Shown: positions 37,879-47,846 of the stretch, one piece after another
How the letters are laid out: each line of letters opens with the position of its first letter
Numbering within the stretch: position 1 is the first letter of the stretch
Assembly: GCA_963728205.1 (NCBI GenBank)
Contig: CAVSIV010000001.1
Span: forward strand, 32,001 to 96,000
Direction of reading: 5' to 3'
Origin: an uncultured Chloroflexia bacterium
Lineage (GTDB): Bacteria > Chloroflexota > Dehalococcoidia > UBA2979
Length of the DNA: 64,000 nt
Program-made: the position numbers and the translations under genes
The notes under the pieces: model-generated
Database searches by the model: none
Seen by the model: the letters and a program-made list of their open reading frames with translations, nothing else
What the model was told of the DNA's origin: nothing

Positions 37879-40800
37879 CTACCACGTGTCGATGTACGGG
37901 TACTTCTTGTCGGTCCGCGGCTCCGTCGGCGGCACGCGGCGCAGGCCTGCGGCGATCCAGTCGCGCGTCGTTGCGGGATCGATGACGTCGTCGAGCCCGC
38001 CACCGACCGACGCGTTCACCGCCTTCGCGTTCTCGTACGCGCGCGCCACGCGCCGCTCGAACTCCGCGCGGCGCTCCTCGGGGTCCTCGATGGCGGCGAG
38101 CTCCTTGCGGTAGCCCAGCTTGACCGAGCCCTCGATGTTCATCCCCGCGAACTCCGCCGTCGGCCATGCCACCGTGAAGAAGCCGACCTGCGAGCTCGCG
38201 CCGCACATCGCCTGCACGCCGAGCCCGTACGCCTTGCGCACGATCACGCCGAACAGCGGCACGGTGAGGTTCGCGCCCGTGTTGAACATGCGCGTGCAGT
38301 GGCGCACGAGCGCGGTGCGCTCGACGTCGGGGCCGACCATCATCCCCGGGCAGTCCATCAGGCTGAGCACCGGGATGTCGAAGGCGTCGCACAGCTGGAG
38401 GAAGCGCGCGCCCTTGTCCGCGCCGTCGGAGTCGATGGCGCCGGCGAGGTGATGCGGGTTGTTCGCGATCACGCCCATCGGCCGCCCCTCGACGCGGATG
38501 AACGCGGTGATCACGCCGACGCCGAAGCGCTCGCGGATCTCGAGCACGGAGTCGCGGTCGGCGATCGTGCGGATCACCTCGCGCATGTCGTAGAGACGCA
38601 GGCGGTTCTCGGGCACGACGTGCCGCAGCCGGCGCTGGTCGGGCGCCTCCCACTCCGCGATCGGGCCCTGGAAGTACGACAGGTACTTCCGCGCGACGTC
38701 GACCGCCTCGTCCTCGTCGCGCACGAGGATGTCGACGACGCCGTTCGGCACCTGGAACGACATCGGGCCGACCTCCTCGGGCGTGTACACGCCGAGGCCG
38801 CCGCCCTCGATCATCGCCGGACCGCCCATCGCGATCGTCGAGCCCTCGGTCGCGATGATCACGTCGCAGCAGGCGAGGAGCGCCGTGTTGCCGGCGAAGC
38901 AGCGGCCGTTCGTGACGCCGACGAGCGGGACGAGCCCGGACAGCTGCGAGAACCGCGTGAAGGTGTGCGTGTCGAAGGCGACGCGCGGGCCGGAGTAGTC
39001 GTCGCCGGGCCGTCCGCCGCCACCCTCGGCGAAGAGCACGAGCGGCAGCCGGAATCGGTGCGCGAGCTCGTAGACGCGGTCCTGCTTGGTGTGGCCGCGC
39101 CCGCCCTGCGTGCCGGCGAGCACCGTGTAGTCGTAGGAGACGACCATCGCGCGGGCGCGCTCGTCGTCGAAGTGCGCGCCGTTGATGGTGGCCGTGCCCG
39201 CAATCAGGCCGTCGGCCGGCGTGTTGCGGCGCAGCTCCTCGTCCGTGAAGCGCTGGTGCTGGCGCGCCACGATCAGCGGCCAGTACTCCTTGAACGACCC
39301 GGGGTCGACGAGGCGCGCGATGTTCTCGCGCGGCATGCGGTACCCGCGCGCGTGGCGCTTCGCGACCGCCTCCGGGCGCTGCTCGTCGTAGATGTGCGCG
39401 CGGCGCTCCTCGACCTCGCGCAGGTCGTCGCGGATGTGGTCGAGGTCGACCTCCTCGACGGCGGCGGCGTTGCCGGCCGCGACCTCGGCCGGCTCGATGA
39501 ACACGACCGGGTAGCCCTCGCGCACGACGTCGCCCACGGCCATCGTGACCGCGCGGACGATGCCGCTGCGGTCGGCGACGATGACGTGCTCCATCTTCAT
39601 CGCCTCGAGCACGGCGACCTGCTGGCCCTGCCGCACGGCGTCGCCCACGGCAACGTCGACCGCGACGATCGTGCCCTGGATGGGGGCGGCGAGGCGGAAG
39701 GATCCGTCGGGTCCGGTCGGCGCGGCGCGGGCGGCATCCGGCGTCGCTTCGGTCCGGGCCGCCTGCTCTGCCTTCGTGCGGGCGTCGTGCGCGAAGAGCG
39801 CGAGCGGGTCGCGACTGTCGACGCGCGCGCCGGCGTAGCCGTCGGTGGGCGAGTCCGCCGGGCGCGGCGCGGCTTCGGGCGTGCGAAGCCGCTGTGCCGG
39901 CCGCGCGGCGGCCAGCACAGCGACATGCTCGTCGACCCAGCGGGTGTGCACGGCGCCGGCCGCGAAGTCGGGGTGTGCGAGGACGTTGAGCAGGAACGGG
40001 ATGTTCGTGTCGACGCCCTCGATGCGGAATTCGCTCAGCGCGCGCGCCTCGCGCGTGATGGCGTCGGCGAAGCGCGGCGACGGCGTATGCGCGACCACCT
40101 TCGCGAGCAGCGAGTCGAACGCCGCGCTTGTGCGGTAGCCGGCGTAGCCGAAGCCGTCGGTGCGCACGCCGGGGCCGCTCGGCGCCTCGTAGGCGGCGAG
40201 CGTGCCGCCCGACGGATGCACCGCGCCGTCCTCGCGGATCGTCTCCATGTTCACGCGCGCCTGGATCGCGTAGCCGCGCGGCATGGCAACCGATGGGTCG
40301 TCGAGCCCCAGCTCAGCGAGCGTCGCGCCGTCGGCCAGCCGCAGCTGCGACTGCACGAGATCGACGCCGGTGACCTCTTCCGTGACCGTGTGCTCGACCT
40401 GCAGGCGCGCGTTCGCCTCGATGAACACGAACGGCTCGGCGGCGGGCGCGTCCGCCGCGTCGACGAGGAACTCGAACGTGCCGAGGCTCGTGTAGCCGAC
40501 GCTGCGCGCGAGCCGCACCGCGGCGTCGATGATGCGCGCGCGCAGGCCGCCGTCCAGCGCCGGCGCCGGCGCGATCTCGATCAGCTTCTGGTAGCGGCGC
40601 TGCACGCTGCACTCGCGCTCGCCGAGGTGCGCGACGCCGCCGTGGAGGTCGCCGAGGATCTGCACCTCGATGTGGCGGGCGCGCGGGACGAGCTGCTCGA
40701 CGTAGACCTCGTCGCGGCCGAACGCCGCGCCGGCCTCGGAGCGGCAGCGGCGGTACGCCGCCTCGATCTCGTCGCGTGCGGTGACGGCGCGCGTGCCGCG

Positions 40801-41298
40801 CCCGCCGCCCCCGGCGATCGCCTTGATCATCATCGCACCGCCGGGGCCGAGGGCGTCGAAGAAGTCGACGGCCTCCTCCAGCGACACGGCGCGGTCGATG
40901 CCGCGCAGCACCGGCACGCCCGCCGCCTCGGCGGCCTCGCGCGCCCGCGCCTTGTCGCCGAACAGCGCGAGGTGCTCGGGGCGCGGCCCGACGAACGTGA
41001 CGCCGGCGGCGGCGCAGCGCTCGGCGACGTCGGCGCGCTCGGCGAGGAAGCCGTACCCGGGGTGCAGCGCGTCGCACCCGGCCGCGGCCGCCGCCGCGAG
41101 GATCGCGTCGACGTCGAGGTACGCCGCCGCGCCGCGACCCGGCAGCGCGACGGCCTCGTCGGCGACCCGCACGTGCAGGCTCGCGGCGTCGTCCTCGGAG
41201 TACACCGCGACGCTGCGCAGGCCGAGGTCGGCCGCGGCGCGCGCGATGCGGATCGCGATCTCGCCGCGGTTCGCGATCAGGAGGCCGTGGAAGCTCAT
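37879..41298 (-). CDS. Single-chain biotin-dependent acyl-CoA carboxylase (BC-BCCP-CT), paralogue 1
   Basis: ANRGEIA, HPGYGF, GGGGRG, EANARLQVEH, EAMKM, YDYTVLAGTQG and EGGGGRPGD. Confidence 0.94.
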   Translation of the reverse strand: MSFHGLLIANRGEIAIRIARAAADLGLRSVAVYSEDDAASLHVRVADEAVALPGRGAAAYLDVDAILAAAAAAGCDALHPGYGFLAERADVAERCAAAGVTFVGPRPEHLALFGDKARAREAAEAAGVPVLRGIDRAVSLEEAVDFFDALGPGGAMMIKAIAGGGGRGTRAVTARDEIEAAYRRCRSEAGAAFGRDEVYVEQLVPRARHIEVQILGDLHGGVAHLGERECSVQRRYQKLIEIAPAPALDGGLRARIIDAAVRLARSVGYTSLGTFEFLVDAADAPAAEPFVFIEANARLQVEHTVTEEVTGVDLVQSQLRLADGATLAELGLDDPSVAMPRGYAIQARVNMETIREDGAVHPSGGTLAAYEAPSGPGVRTDGFGYAGYRTSAAFDSLLAKVVAHTPSPRFADAITREARALSEFRIEGVDTNIPFLLNVLAHPDFAAGAVHTRWVDEHVAVLAAARPAQRLRTPEAAPRPADSPTDGYAGARVDSRDPLALFAHDARTKAEQAARTEATPDAARAAPTGPDGSFRLAAPIQGTIVAVDVAVGDAVRQGQQVAVLEAMKMEHVIVADRSGIVRAVTMAVGDVVREGYPVVFIEPAEVAAGNAAAVEEVDLDHIRDDLREVEERRAHIYDEQRPEAVAKRHARGYRMPRENIARLVDPGSFKEYWPLIVARQHQRFTDEELRRNTPADGLIAGTATINGAHFDDERARAMVVSYDYTVLAGTQGGRGHTKQDRVYELAHRFRLPLVLFAEGGGGRPGDDYSGPRVAFDTHTFTRFSQLSGLVPLVGVTNGRCFAGNTALLACCDVIIATEGSTIAMGGPAMIEGGGLGVYTPEEVGPMSFQVPNGVVDILVRDEDEAVDVARKYLSYFQGPIAEWEAPDQRRLRHVVPENRLRLYDMREVIRTIADRDSVLEIRERFGVGVITAFIRVEGRPMGVIANNPHHLAGAIDSDGADKGARFLQLCDAFDIPVLSLMDCPGMMVGPDVERTALVRHCTRMFNTGANLTVPLFGVIVRKAYGLGVQAMCGASSQVGFFTVAWPTAEFAGMNIEGSVKLGYRKELAAIEDPEERRAEFERRVARAYENAKAVNASVGGGLDDVIDPATTRDWIAAGLRRVPPTEPRTDKKYPYIDTW

Positions 41299-41325
41299 GT
41301 GGTCCTCGATTCACCCGTGACCCGT

Positions 41326-41516
41326 CGTCAAGCGGCGGCAGACGATGCCGCCGATGTGTCGCGGCCCCGAGGCCGCGTCGGATGCAGCGGCGGCTCATGC
41401 CGCGGATCTGTCGCGGCCCGAATGCCGCGTTGGATGCGGCCGTGGACCACGCCGCCGACATGTCGCGGCCCCGAGGCCGCGTTGGCATCGGCGGCATTGT
41501 CTGCCGCCGCTTGACG
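41326..41516. repeat. REP doublet enclosing three 52-bp-period hairpin units
   Basis: Arms CGTCAAGCGGCGGCAGACGATGCCGCCGATG / CATCGGCGGCATTGTCTGCCGCCGCTTGACG. Inner TGTCGCGGCCC..GCCGCGT at 41357, 41409 and 41461. Confidence 0.87.
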
Positions 41517-41527
41517 AGGCCGCATCG

Positions 41528-44005
41528 TCACGCACGCGCCGCGACGTCGTCGAGCGTGCCCGTGATGCCGGCCGCCACGAGCGCGGCGTACTCGTCCTCG
41601 CCGATGCCGAGCTCCTCGCGCAGCACCTCGCGGCTGTGCTGGCCGACGCACGGCGCGCCGGTGACCGGCGACGACGGCGCGGCGCTGAAGCGCCAGGGCC
41701 GGCCGGGCAGCCACGTGGGGCCGGTCTCGGGATGGTCGACGCGCGTGACGAATCCCGACGCGAGGAAGTTCGGGTCGGGCCGGCTGTAGAGCTCGTAGAA
41801 CGGCACAACGCGCGCGGCAGTGACGCCGAGCGCGCCGAGGGCCGCCTCCATCTCGCCGGCGCCCCGCGCCGCGGTCCACTCGGCGAGGATCGCGTCGAGC
41901 GCGTCCTCGTTTGCCTTGCGCGCGGCCATCGTCGCGAAGCGCGGCTCGGCGAGCCGGGGGTCCGCCACGTGCGCGACGAGCGCGCGCCAGGCGTGCTCGC
42001 TCTCGGCCGCGAGCGCGATCCACTCGCCGCCGGAGGCGGGGTAGTTGCCGTGCGGCGCCACGCGCGGGTGGCGGTTGCCGCGCGGCCGCGGCACGCGGCC
42101 GGTCGCGTCGTACTCCACAATCGCGTCGCCGCACGCGGCCGCCACCGCTTCCACCATCGAGAGGTCGACGCGCTGCGGCTCGCCCGTGCGGTCGCGATGC
42201 GCGAGCGCGGCCAGCACCGACCCGGCGAAGCAGTAGGCCGCGACGGGGTCCGGGTAGAGGCCGCCGGTGTTCATGCCGCGGTCGCCCGCGTAGCCGTGGA
42301 GCGAGGAGAGCCCGGCCATCGGCTCGGTGGTCGAGCCGTTGCCGGGGTATTCGCGATAGGGCCCGTCGGCGCCGTACGCGGAGATCGAGGCCCACACGAT
42401 GCCCGGGCGGAGCGCATGCAGGCGCTCGAGGGTGACGCCCCACGACGGCATCACCGTCGGGCGGAAGTTCTCGGCAAGGACGTCGAAGCGCGGCACGAGG
42501 TCCCAGAAGATCTGGCGCCCGCGGTCGCTGGCAAGGTCGAGCGCAATCTCGCGCTTGTTCAGGTTCACCGAGTTCGCGAGGCCCTGCGTGTTCGCGGGGT
42601 GCTGCGTGCGCGACGGATCGACGATCCCCTTCGGCACGGTCCCGCGCACGCGCCGCCAGACGTCGATGCGCTGCAGGCCGCCGATCTGCACGACGTCGGC
42701 GCCGAGCAGCGCGAGGAGCTCGGTGCCGAAGGTGCCCGACCATGCCTGGCCGAGGCTGAGCACGCGCACGCCGGCGAGCGGTCCGTCGGCGAGGTCGCGC
42801 GGCGAGAGCGATGGGGCGGATCGCGAGCGGCGCGGCGGTCGAGACACCGCGGCGCCCGGGGTGTGCGCGGAGCCGTCAGCGTCGAGCCGCGGCGCCGGTC
42901 GTGCGAGCTCCCACGCCGCCGGCGACACCTTCGCCGGCGCACCGGCCGCGCGCACGCGTCGCCCTGCAATCTCGGTCTCGACGAGGAACCCGCGCGCGGC
43001 GAGCTGCGGGTCGCGCGTCAGGTCCTCGACGTCCTGCAGCACGCCGACGATGCAGCGCAGCCGCGTCAGCGCGTGGAAGACCGGCCAGCGCTCGAGCGAC
43101 GCCACGCTGTGCGCCACGCCGGCAACCACCGGGGCGAGGTCCTGCGCGTGCCGGCCGACGTCGGGGATGAGGTGCGGCTCGCGGCCGAGCTCCGGCACCC
43201 CGAGCACGTCCATCGCCTCGGTCCAGTTGTGGAAGTCGCCGAAGCCGAACACGAGGCGGCCGTCGGCGGCGTCGTAGAGCGGCCCGGGCTCGCCGCGCTG
43301 GCGACCGCCCGCGGGGCCGTAGGAGAAGCCGGTCGCCTCGTAGACGGCGGCAATCGCCCACGGGTGCACGGTGAGCGCGAACGCCTCGACCTCCGCGACG
43401 TCCACGCGCTCGGCGACGTCCGCGCAGCCGGGTATCCCGGCATCCGCCGGAGGGTGGTCGCGTCGGCGCAGCGCGGCCGCGGCGGCGACGAAGCCGGCGA
43501 TGCCGCCCACGTAGCCGGCCTGGTCGTGGGGCATCTGCAGCGGCGGCTCGTCGCGGTAGCCGTTGATGAACGACCAGCCCGTGCGTGCGCTCGCCGTGAG
43601 GGTGTTGCCGGGGCGGCCGGCGAGCGGGCCGGCCAGTCCGTGCGGGGTGACCGAGAGGTGGACGGCGTCGGGGCGCAGCCGCGCGAGCGCGGCGTGGTAT
43701 GCGGCCGCGTCGAGCGGGTCAGCGGTGGTGACGACCACGTCGGCGGCGGCGACCAGGTCGTCGTAGGCGCCCGGGCCGTCGACGACGACCGACCGCTTGT
43801 TCCAGTTCACGTACGCGTGCAACACGCCGCGCTCGGCGCCCGCCTCATCGTCGAGGAACGGCGGCTCCGCTCGCAGTGGATGCCCGCCCGGCGGCTCGGC
43901 CAGCACGACGTCGGCGCCGAAGTCGCCGAACAGCCGCGCCGCGAACGCGCCGGAGAGGCGGTCGGAGAGGTCGAGGACGAGGAGGTCGTCGAACGGGCGG
44001 GGCAT
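41528..44005 (-). CDS. Tandem-domain class III CoA-transferase (CaiB/BaiF)
   Basis: VLDLSDRLSGAFAARLFGDFGADV and NWNKRS. Second domain LAGVRVLSLGQAWSG, NLNKR, ENFRP and YPDP. Confidence 0.92.
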   Translation of the reverse strand: MPRPFDDLLVLDLSDRLSGAFAARLFGDFGADVVLAEPPGGHPLRAEPPFLDDEAGAERGVLHAYVNWNKRSVVVDGPGAYDDLVAAADVVVTTADPLDAAAYHAALARLRPDAVHLSVTPHGLAGPLAGRPGNTLTASARTGWSFINGYRDEPPLQMPHDQAGYVGGIAGFVAAAAALRRRDHPPADAGIPGCADVAERVDVAEVEAFALTVHPWAIAAVYEATGFSYGPAGGRQRGEPGPLYDAADGRLVFGFGDFHNWTEAMDVLGVPELGREPHLIPDVGRHAQDLAPVVAGVAHSVASLERWPVFHALTRLRCIVGVLQDVEDLTRDPQLAARGFLVETEIAGRRVRAAGAPAKVSPAAWELARPAPRLDADGSAHTPGAAVSRPPRRSRSAPSLSPRDLADGPLAGVRVLSLGQAWSGTFGTELLALLGADVVQIGGLQRIDVWRRVRGTVPKGIVDPSRTQHPANTQGLANSVNLNKREIALDLASDRGRQIFWDLVPRFDVLAENFRPTVMPSWGVTLERLHALRPGIVWASISAYGADGPYREYPGNGSTTEPMAGLSSLHGYAGDRGMNTGGLYPDPVAAYCFAGSVLAALAHRDRTGEPQRVDLSMVEAVAAACGDAIVEYDATGRVPRPRGNRHPRVAPHGNYPASGGEWIALAAESEHAWRALVAHVADPRLAEPRFATMAARKANEDALDAILAEWTAARGAGEMEAALGALGVTAARVVPFYELYSRPDPNFLASGFVTRVDHPETGPTWLPGRPWRFSAAPSSPVTGAPCVGQHSREVLREELGIGEDEYAALVAAGITGTLDDVAARA

Positions 44006-44016
44006 CGCTCACCTCC

Positions 44017-44238
44017 GGCGCGCGGCAGGCTTCAGGCCTGCCGTGTGCAGTCGCCGCCTCCATCCCGAAGCGGCGGCAGATATGCCGCCGACGGAAGCGC
44101 GGCGCCAGCCGCGGACTGCGTCCGCGTCCTGTCGGCGGCATATCTGCCGCCGCTTGGCCTTCCGCTGACAAGCCTGCCGGGCATCCTGCACGGCAGGCCT
44201 GAAGCCTGCCGTGTGCCGGCGCAGGCGCGAGCCCGCGC
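44017..44238. repeat. Composite nested REP/REPIN-like element with inverted core
   Basis: Outer IR GGCAGGCTTCAGGCCTGCCGTG / CACGGCAGGCCTGAAGCCTGCC. Inner doublet at 44068-44155 has its core reversed relative to the 37.7 kb copy. Confidence 0.87.
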
Positions 44239-44245
44239 TGTCTTC

Positions 44246-47200
44246 CTACCACGTGTCGATGCTCGGCCACTTCTTCCGCTCGCGCCGCGCCGGCTGGCGC
44301 ACCGAGGCGAACACCCGCGCGACGATCGCGCGGGTGTCGGCCGGATCGATCACGTCGTCGACGCCGAACGAGACGCCCTGGTGCAGCGCCCGCGCGGACT
44401 CGTAGGCCGCCGCGAGGATCTCGTCGTAGCGCCGGCGCCGCTCGTCCACGTCCTCGATCGCGGCCAGCTCCGCCCGGTGGCCGAGCTTCACCTGGCCCTC
44501 GAGCCCCATGCCGGCGAACTCGCCGGTGGGCCACGAGAGCGCCATCGTCGTCGACTTGAACGTCGCGCCGGCCATCGTCATCACGCCGAGCCCGATGGAC
44601 TTGCGCAGCACGACGGCGATCAGCGGCACGGTGATGTTCGACCCGGTCACGAACATGCGCGCGGCGTGGCGGACCGTTCCCGTCTTCTCGGCCTCGGGGC
44701 CGACCATGATCCCCGGGGTGTCGCAGAGCGAGAGGATCGGCAGGTCGAAGGCGTCGCACACCTTCATGAATCGCGCCGCCTTGTCGGCCCCGTCGGAGTC
44801 GACCGCGCCGCTGAGGTACTGCGGGTTGTTCGCGATCACGCCGACCGCGCGGCCCTCGATGCGAATCAGCGCCGTCACCATGGTCTGCCCGAACTTCGGC
44901 CGCAGCTCGAGCACCGATCCGACGTCGGCGATCGTCTCGATCACCCTGCGCACGTCGTACACGCGCAGGCGGTTCTCCGGCACGATGCGGCGCAGGACGC
45001 GCTGGTCGTGTGCCTCCCACGCGCGCAGCGGCCCCTGGAAGTACGAGAGGTACTGCTTCGCCGCCGCCACCCCTTCGGCCTCGTCGGCCACTGCGATGTC
45101 CACGACGCCGTTCGGGACCTGCACGCTCATCGGGCCGATCTCGTCGGGCCGGTAGATGCCGAGGCCGCCGCCCTCGACCATCGCCGGCCCGCCCATGCCG
45201 ATGCTCGAGTTCGCGGTGGCGATGATGACGTCGCAGCAGCCGAGCAGCGCGGCGTTCCCGGCGAACGACCAGCCGGAGTTGATGCCGACGATCGGCACGA
45301 GGCCGCTCAGCGCCGCGAGCCGCCGCCACGTCGGCACGTCCTGCGGGCCGCCGACGGCGCGCAGCATGCGCTGGCCGTCGTCCTCGGGGCGGGGGTCGCG
45401 CTGGCCGCTCCGGCCGCCGCCGCCCTCGGTGAAGAGCACCACGGGGATCTGCCACTCGCCCGCGACCTCGAGGAGGCGGTCGGTCTTGCGGTGGTTGACG
45501 CCCCCCTGCGTGCCGGCGAGCACGGTGTAGTCGTAGGACAGCACCGCCGTGCGCGAGGTCGGCTCGGGGAAGAGCGCCCCGTTGACGGCGCCGATGCCCG
45601 TCACCATGCCGTCGGCCGGGTAGCGCCGCGCGATCTCGTCGATCGGCCGGCGGAATCCCGTCGGCAGTCCCAGCGCGCCGTACTCGACGAACGAGTCGGG
45701 GTCGCACAGGTCCGCGATGTTCTCGCGCGCCGTGCGCTGGCCCTTCTCGTGGCGCGCCGCGATCGCCTCCGGCCGCGCGTCGTCCCGCGTCAGCGCGTGA
45801 CGGTCGAGGATCTCCGCGAGGTCGGGGCGGATCGCGTCGAGGTCGACGTCCTCCTCGTCGGCGAGCGCCGCGCCGTCGACCTCCTGCTCCTCGATGCGCA
45901 CAAGGGTCGTGCCCTCGTAGATGGCATCGCCAATCGCGACGGCGACCTCGCGCACGATCCCGCTCACGGTCGCCGTGACGGGATGCTCCATCTTCATCGC
46001 TTCCATCACCAGAACCTGCTGCCCGGCGCGCACGGGGTGGCCGACGGCCACGTCGATGGCGACGACGGTGCCCTGCAGCGCGGAGGTGACGGGCACGAGC
46101 CCGTCGGCGCGTGCCGCATCGCCGGTCCCGTTCGCGCCCGCCGCGGCGGGCGCGGCGACGGCGGTCTTGCCGTGCACGAGGACCGCGAGCGGGTCGCGGC
46201 GGTCGACCTGCGCGCCGGCGCGCCGGATCTCCACCGGCTGCGCGCCGCCGGGAGCGCCCGCCGCTGCTTCCGCCCCCGTCCCCGCGGCCGGCGCGGCCGA
46301 CAGGTACAGCGCCGGATGGCTGCCGGCCGCGGCCGCGATCTCCGGAAGGTGGTCCTCGATGAACCGGGTGTAGAGGAGGCCGCGGGCGAAGTCGGGGTGG
46401 TGCAGGATGCTCTGCAGGAACGGGATGTTGGTGGACACGCCCTCGACGCGGAACTCGCTCAGCGCCCGGTACGTGCGCGCGACCGCCTGCGCGAAGTCCG
46501 GCGAGGCGGAGTGTGCGATCACCTTCGCCAGGAGCGAGTCGAAGCGGGGCGACGTCCGGTAGCCGGCGTACCCGAAGGTGTCGGTCCGCACGCCGGGACC
46601 GCTCGGCGGGTCGAACGCCGACAGCGTGCCGCCGGAGGGACGCGGCGAGCCGTCGGGCCCCATCGTCTCCATATTGACGCGCGCCTGGATGGCGAAGCCG
46701 CGCGGCTCGGGGACGCGGTCCTGCGTCAGCCCGAGGTCGCCGAGCCGCGCACCGCTCGCGAGCCGCAGCTGGAGCTGCACGAGGTCGAAGCCCGTCACCT
46801 CCTCGGTCACCGTGTGCTCGACCTGCAGCCGCGGGTTCGCCTCGATGAAGGCGACCAGCGCGTCGTCGCCCGGGCCGTCGGCGTCGACGAGGAACTCGAA
46901 CGTCCCCAGGCTCGCGTAGCCGGCCGCGCCCGCGAGGCGCAGCGCGGCGTCGATGATCCGCCGGCGCAGCCCGGGCGAGAGCGACGGCGCGGGCGCGATC
47001 TCGATGAGCTTCTGGTGGCGCCGCTGGATGCTGCAGTCGCGCTCCCAGAGGTGCACGACGTCCCCGCTCCCGTCCCCGACAATCTGCACCTCGATGTGGC
47101 GTGCGCGCTCGACGAGCCGCTCGACGTACACGGAGCCGTCGCCGAAGGCGGCCTGCGCCTCCGAGCGGCAGCGCTTGAGCGCCTCGTCGATCTCGTCCGG

Positions 47201-47722
47201 GTCGCGCACGATGCGCATGCCGCGGCCGCCGCCGCCGGCCACGGCCTTGATGATGATCGGCACGCCCTCGCCGAGCGACGCCATGAAGGCGCGCGCGTCC
47301 TCGGGCGTCTCGACGGAGGCGGAACCCGGCAGCACGGGGACGCCTCGCTCCTCGGCGAGCGCGCGGGCGCGCAGCTTGTCGCCGAAGAGCGCGAGCGTCT
47401 CTGGCAGCGGGCCGACGAACGTGATGCCCTCGTCGCGGCAGCGCGCCGCGAACGCGGCGTTCTCGCTGAGGAAGCCGTAGCCGGGGTGGATCGCGTCGCA
47501 GCCCTCGTCCTTCGCGACCGCGAGGATCGCCTCGTCGTCGAGATAGGCGAGCGCGCCGGAGCCCGGCAGCCGTCGCGCGACGTCGGCCTTCGCGACGTGG
47601 AGCGAGGACGCGTCGTCCTCGGAGTAGACGGCCACGGTGGCGATCCCGAGGTCGCGCGCCGCGCGCATCACGCGGATCGCGATCTCGCCGCGGTTCGCCA
47701 CCAGCAGCTTGCGCACGGTCAT
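44246..47722 (-). CDS. Single-chain acyl-CoA carboxylase (BC-BCCP-CT), paralogue 2
   Basis: MTVRKLLVANRGEIAIR, EANPRLQVEH, EAMKM and YDYTVLAGTQG. Confidence 0.94.
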   Translation of the reverse strand: MTVRKLLVANRGEIAIRVMRAARDLGIATVAVYSEDDASSLHVAKADVARRLPGSGALAYLDDEAILAVAKDEGCDAIHPGYGFLSENAAFAARCRDEGITFVGPLPETLALFGDKLRARALAEERGVPVLPGSASVETPEDARAFMASLGEGVPIIIKAVAGGGGRGMRIVRDPDEIDEALKRCRSEAQAAFGDGSVYVERLVERARHIEVQIVGDGSGDVVHLWERDCSIQRRHQKLIEIAPAPSLSPGLRRRIIDAALRLAGAAGYASLGTFEFLVDADGPGDDALVAFIEANPRLQVEHTVTEEVTGFDLVQLQLRLASGARLGDLGLTQDRVPEPRGFAIQARVNMETMGPDGSPRPSGGTLSAFDPPSGPGVRTDTFGYAGYRTSPRFDSLLAKVIAHSASPDFAQAVARTYRALSEFRVEGVSTNIPFLQSILHHPDFARGLLYTRFIEDHLPEIAAAAGSHPALYLSAAPAAGTGAEAAAGAPGGAQPVEIRRAGAQVDRRDPLAVLVHGKTAVAAPAAAGANGTGDAARADGLVPVTSALQGTVVAIDVAVGHPVRAGQQVLVMEAMKMEHPVTATVSGIVREVAVAIGDAIYEGTTLVRIEEQEVDGAALADEEDVDLDAIRPDLAEILDRHALTRDDARPEAIAARHEKGQRTARENIADLCDPDSFVEYGALGLPTGFRRPIDEIARRYPADGMVTGIGAVNGALFPEPTSRTAVLSYDYTVLAGTQGGVNHRKTDRLLEVAGEWQIPVVLFTEGGGGRSGQRDPRPEDDGQRMLRAVGGPQDVPTWRRLAALSGLVPIVGINSGWSFAGNAALLGCCDVIIATANSSIGMGGPAMVEGGGLGIYRPDEIGPMSVQVPNGVVDIAVADEAEGVAAAKQYLSYFQGPLRAWEAHDQRVLRRIVPENRLRVYDVRRVIETIADVGSVLELRPKFGQTMVTALIRIEGRAVGVIANNPQYLSGAVDSDGADKAARFMKVCDAFDLPILSLCDTPGIMVGPEAEKTGTVRHAARMFVTGSNITVPLIAVVLRKSIGLGVMTMAGATFKSTTMALSWPTGEFAGMGLEGQVKLGHRAELAAIEDVDERRRRYDEILAAAYESARALHQGVSFGVDDVIDPADTRAIVARVFASVRQPARRERKKWPSIDTW

Positions 47723-47764
47723 CGATGATCCCCTCGGCTCAACCCTCGTCCGCACCCGTCCCGT

Positions 47765-47846
47765 GTCCAGCGGCGGCAGCATGCCGCCGATACGCCCGCG
47801 GCCCGCGGGCCGCGCCGGCATCGGCGGCATGCTGCCGCCGCTGGAC
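47765..47846. repeat. REP doublet (27-bp perfect inverted repeat)
   Basis: GTCCAGCGGCGGCAGCATGCCGCCGAT ... ATCGGCGGCATGCTGCCGCCGCTGGAC. Confidence 0.9.

Noticed and set aside
41326-41516. 52-bp-period units as a mini-CRISPR
   Set aside because: The intervening segments are degenerate REP arms related to each other, and the array sits inside an inverted repeat.
41345-47728. 2127-aa plus-strand ORF and other long antisense ORFs (19031-23032, 37594-41514, 60793-63897, 2-967 and others)
   Set aside because: Arg/Ala/Gly-rich shadow frames opposite well-supported genes. Expected at this GC content and carry no domain motifs.
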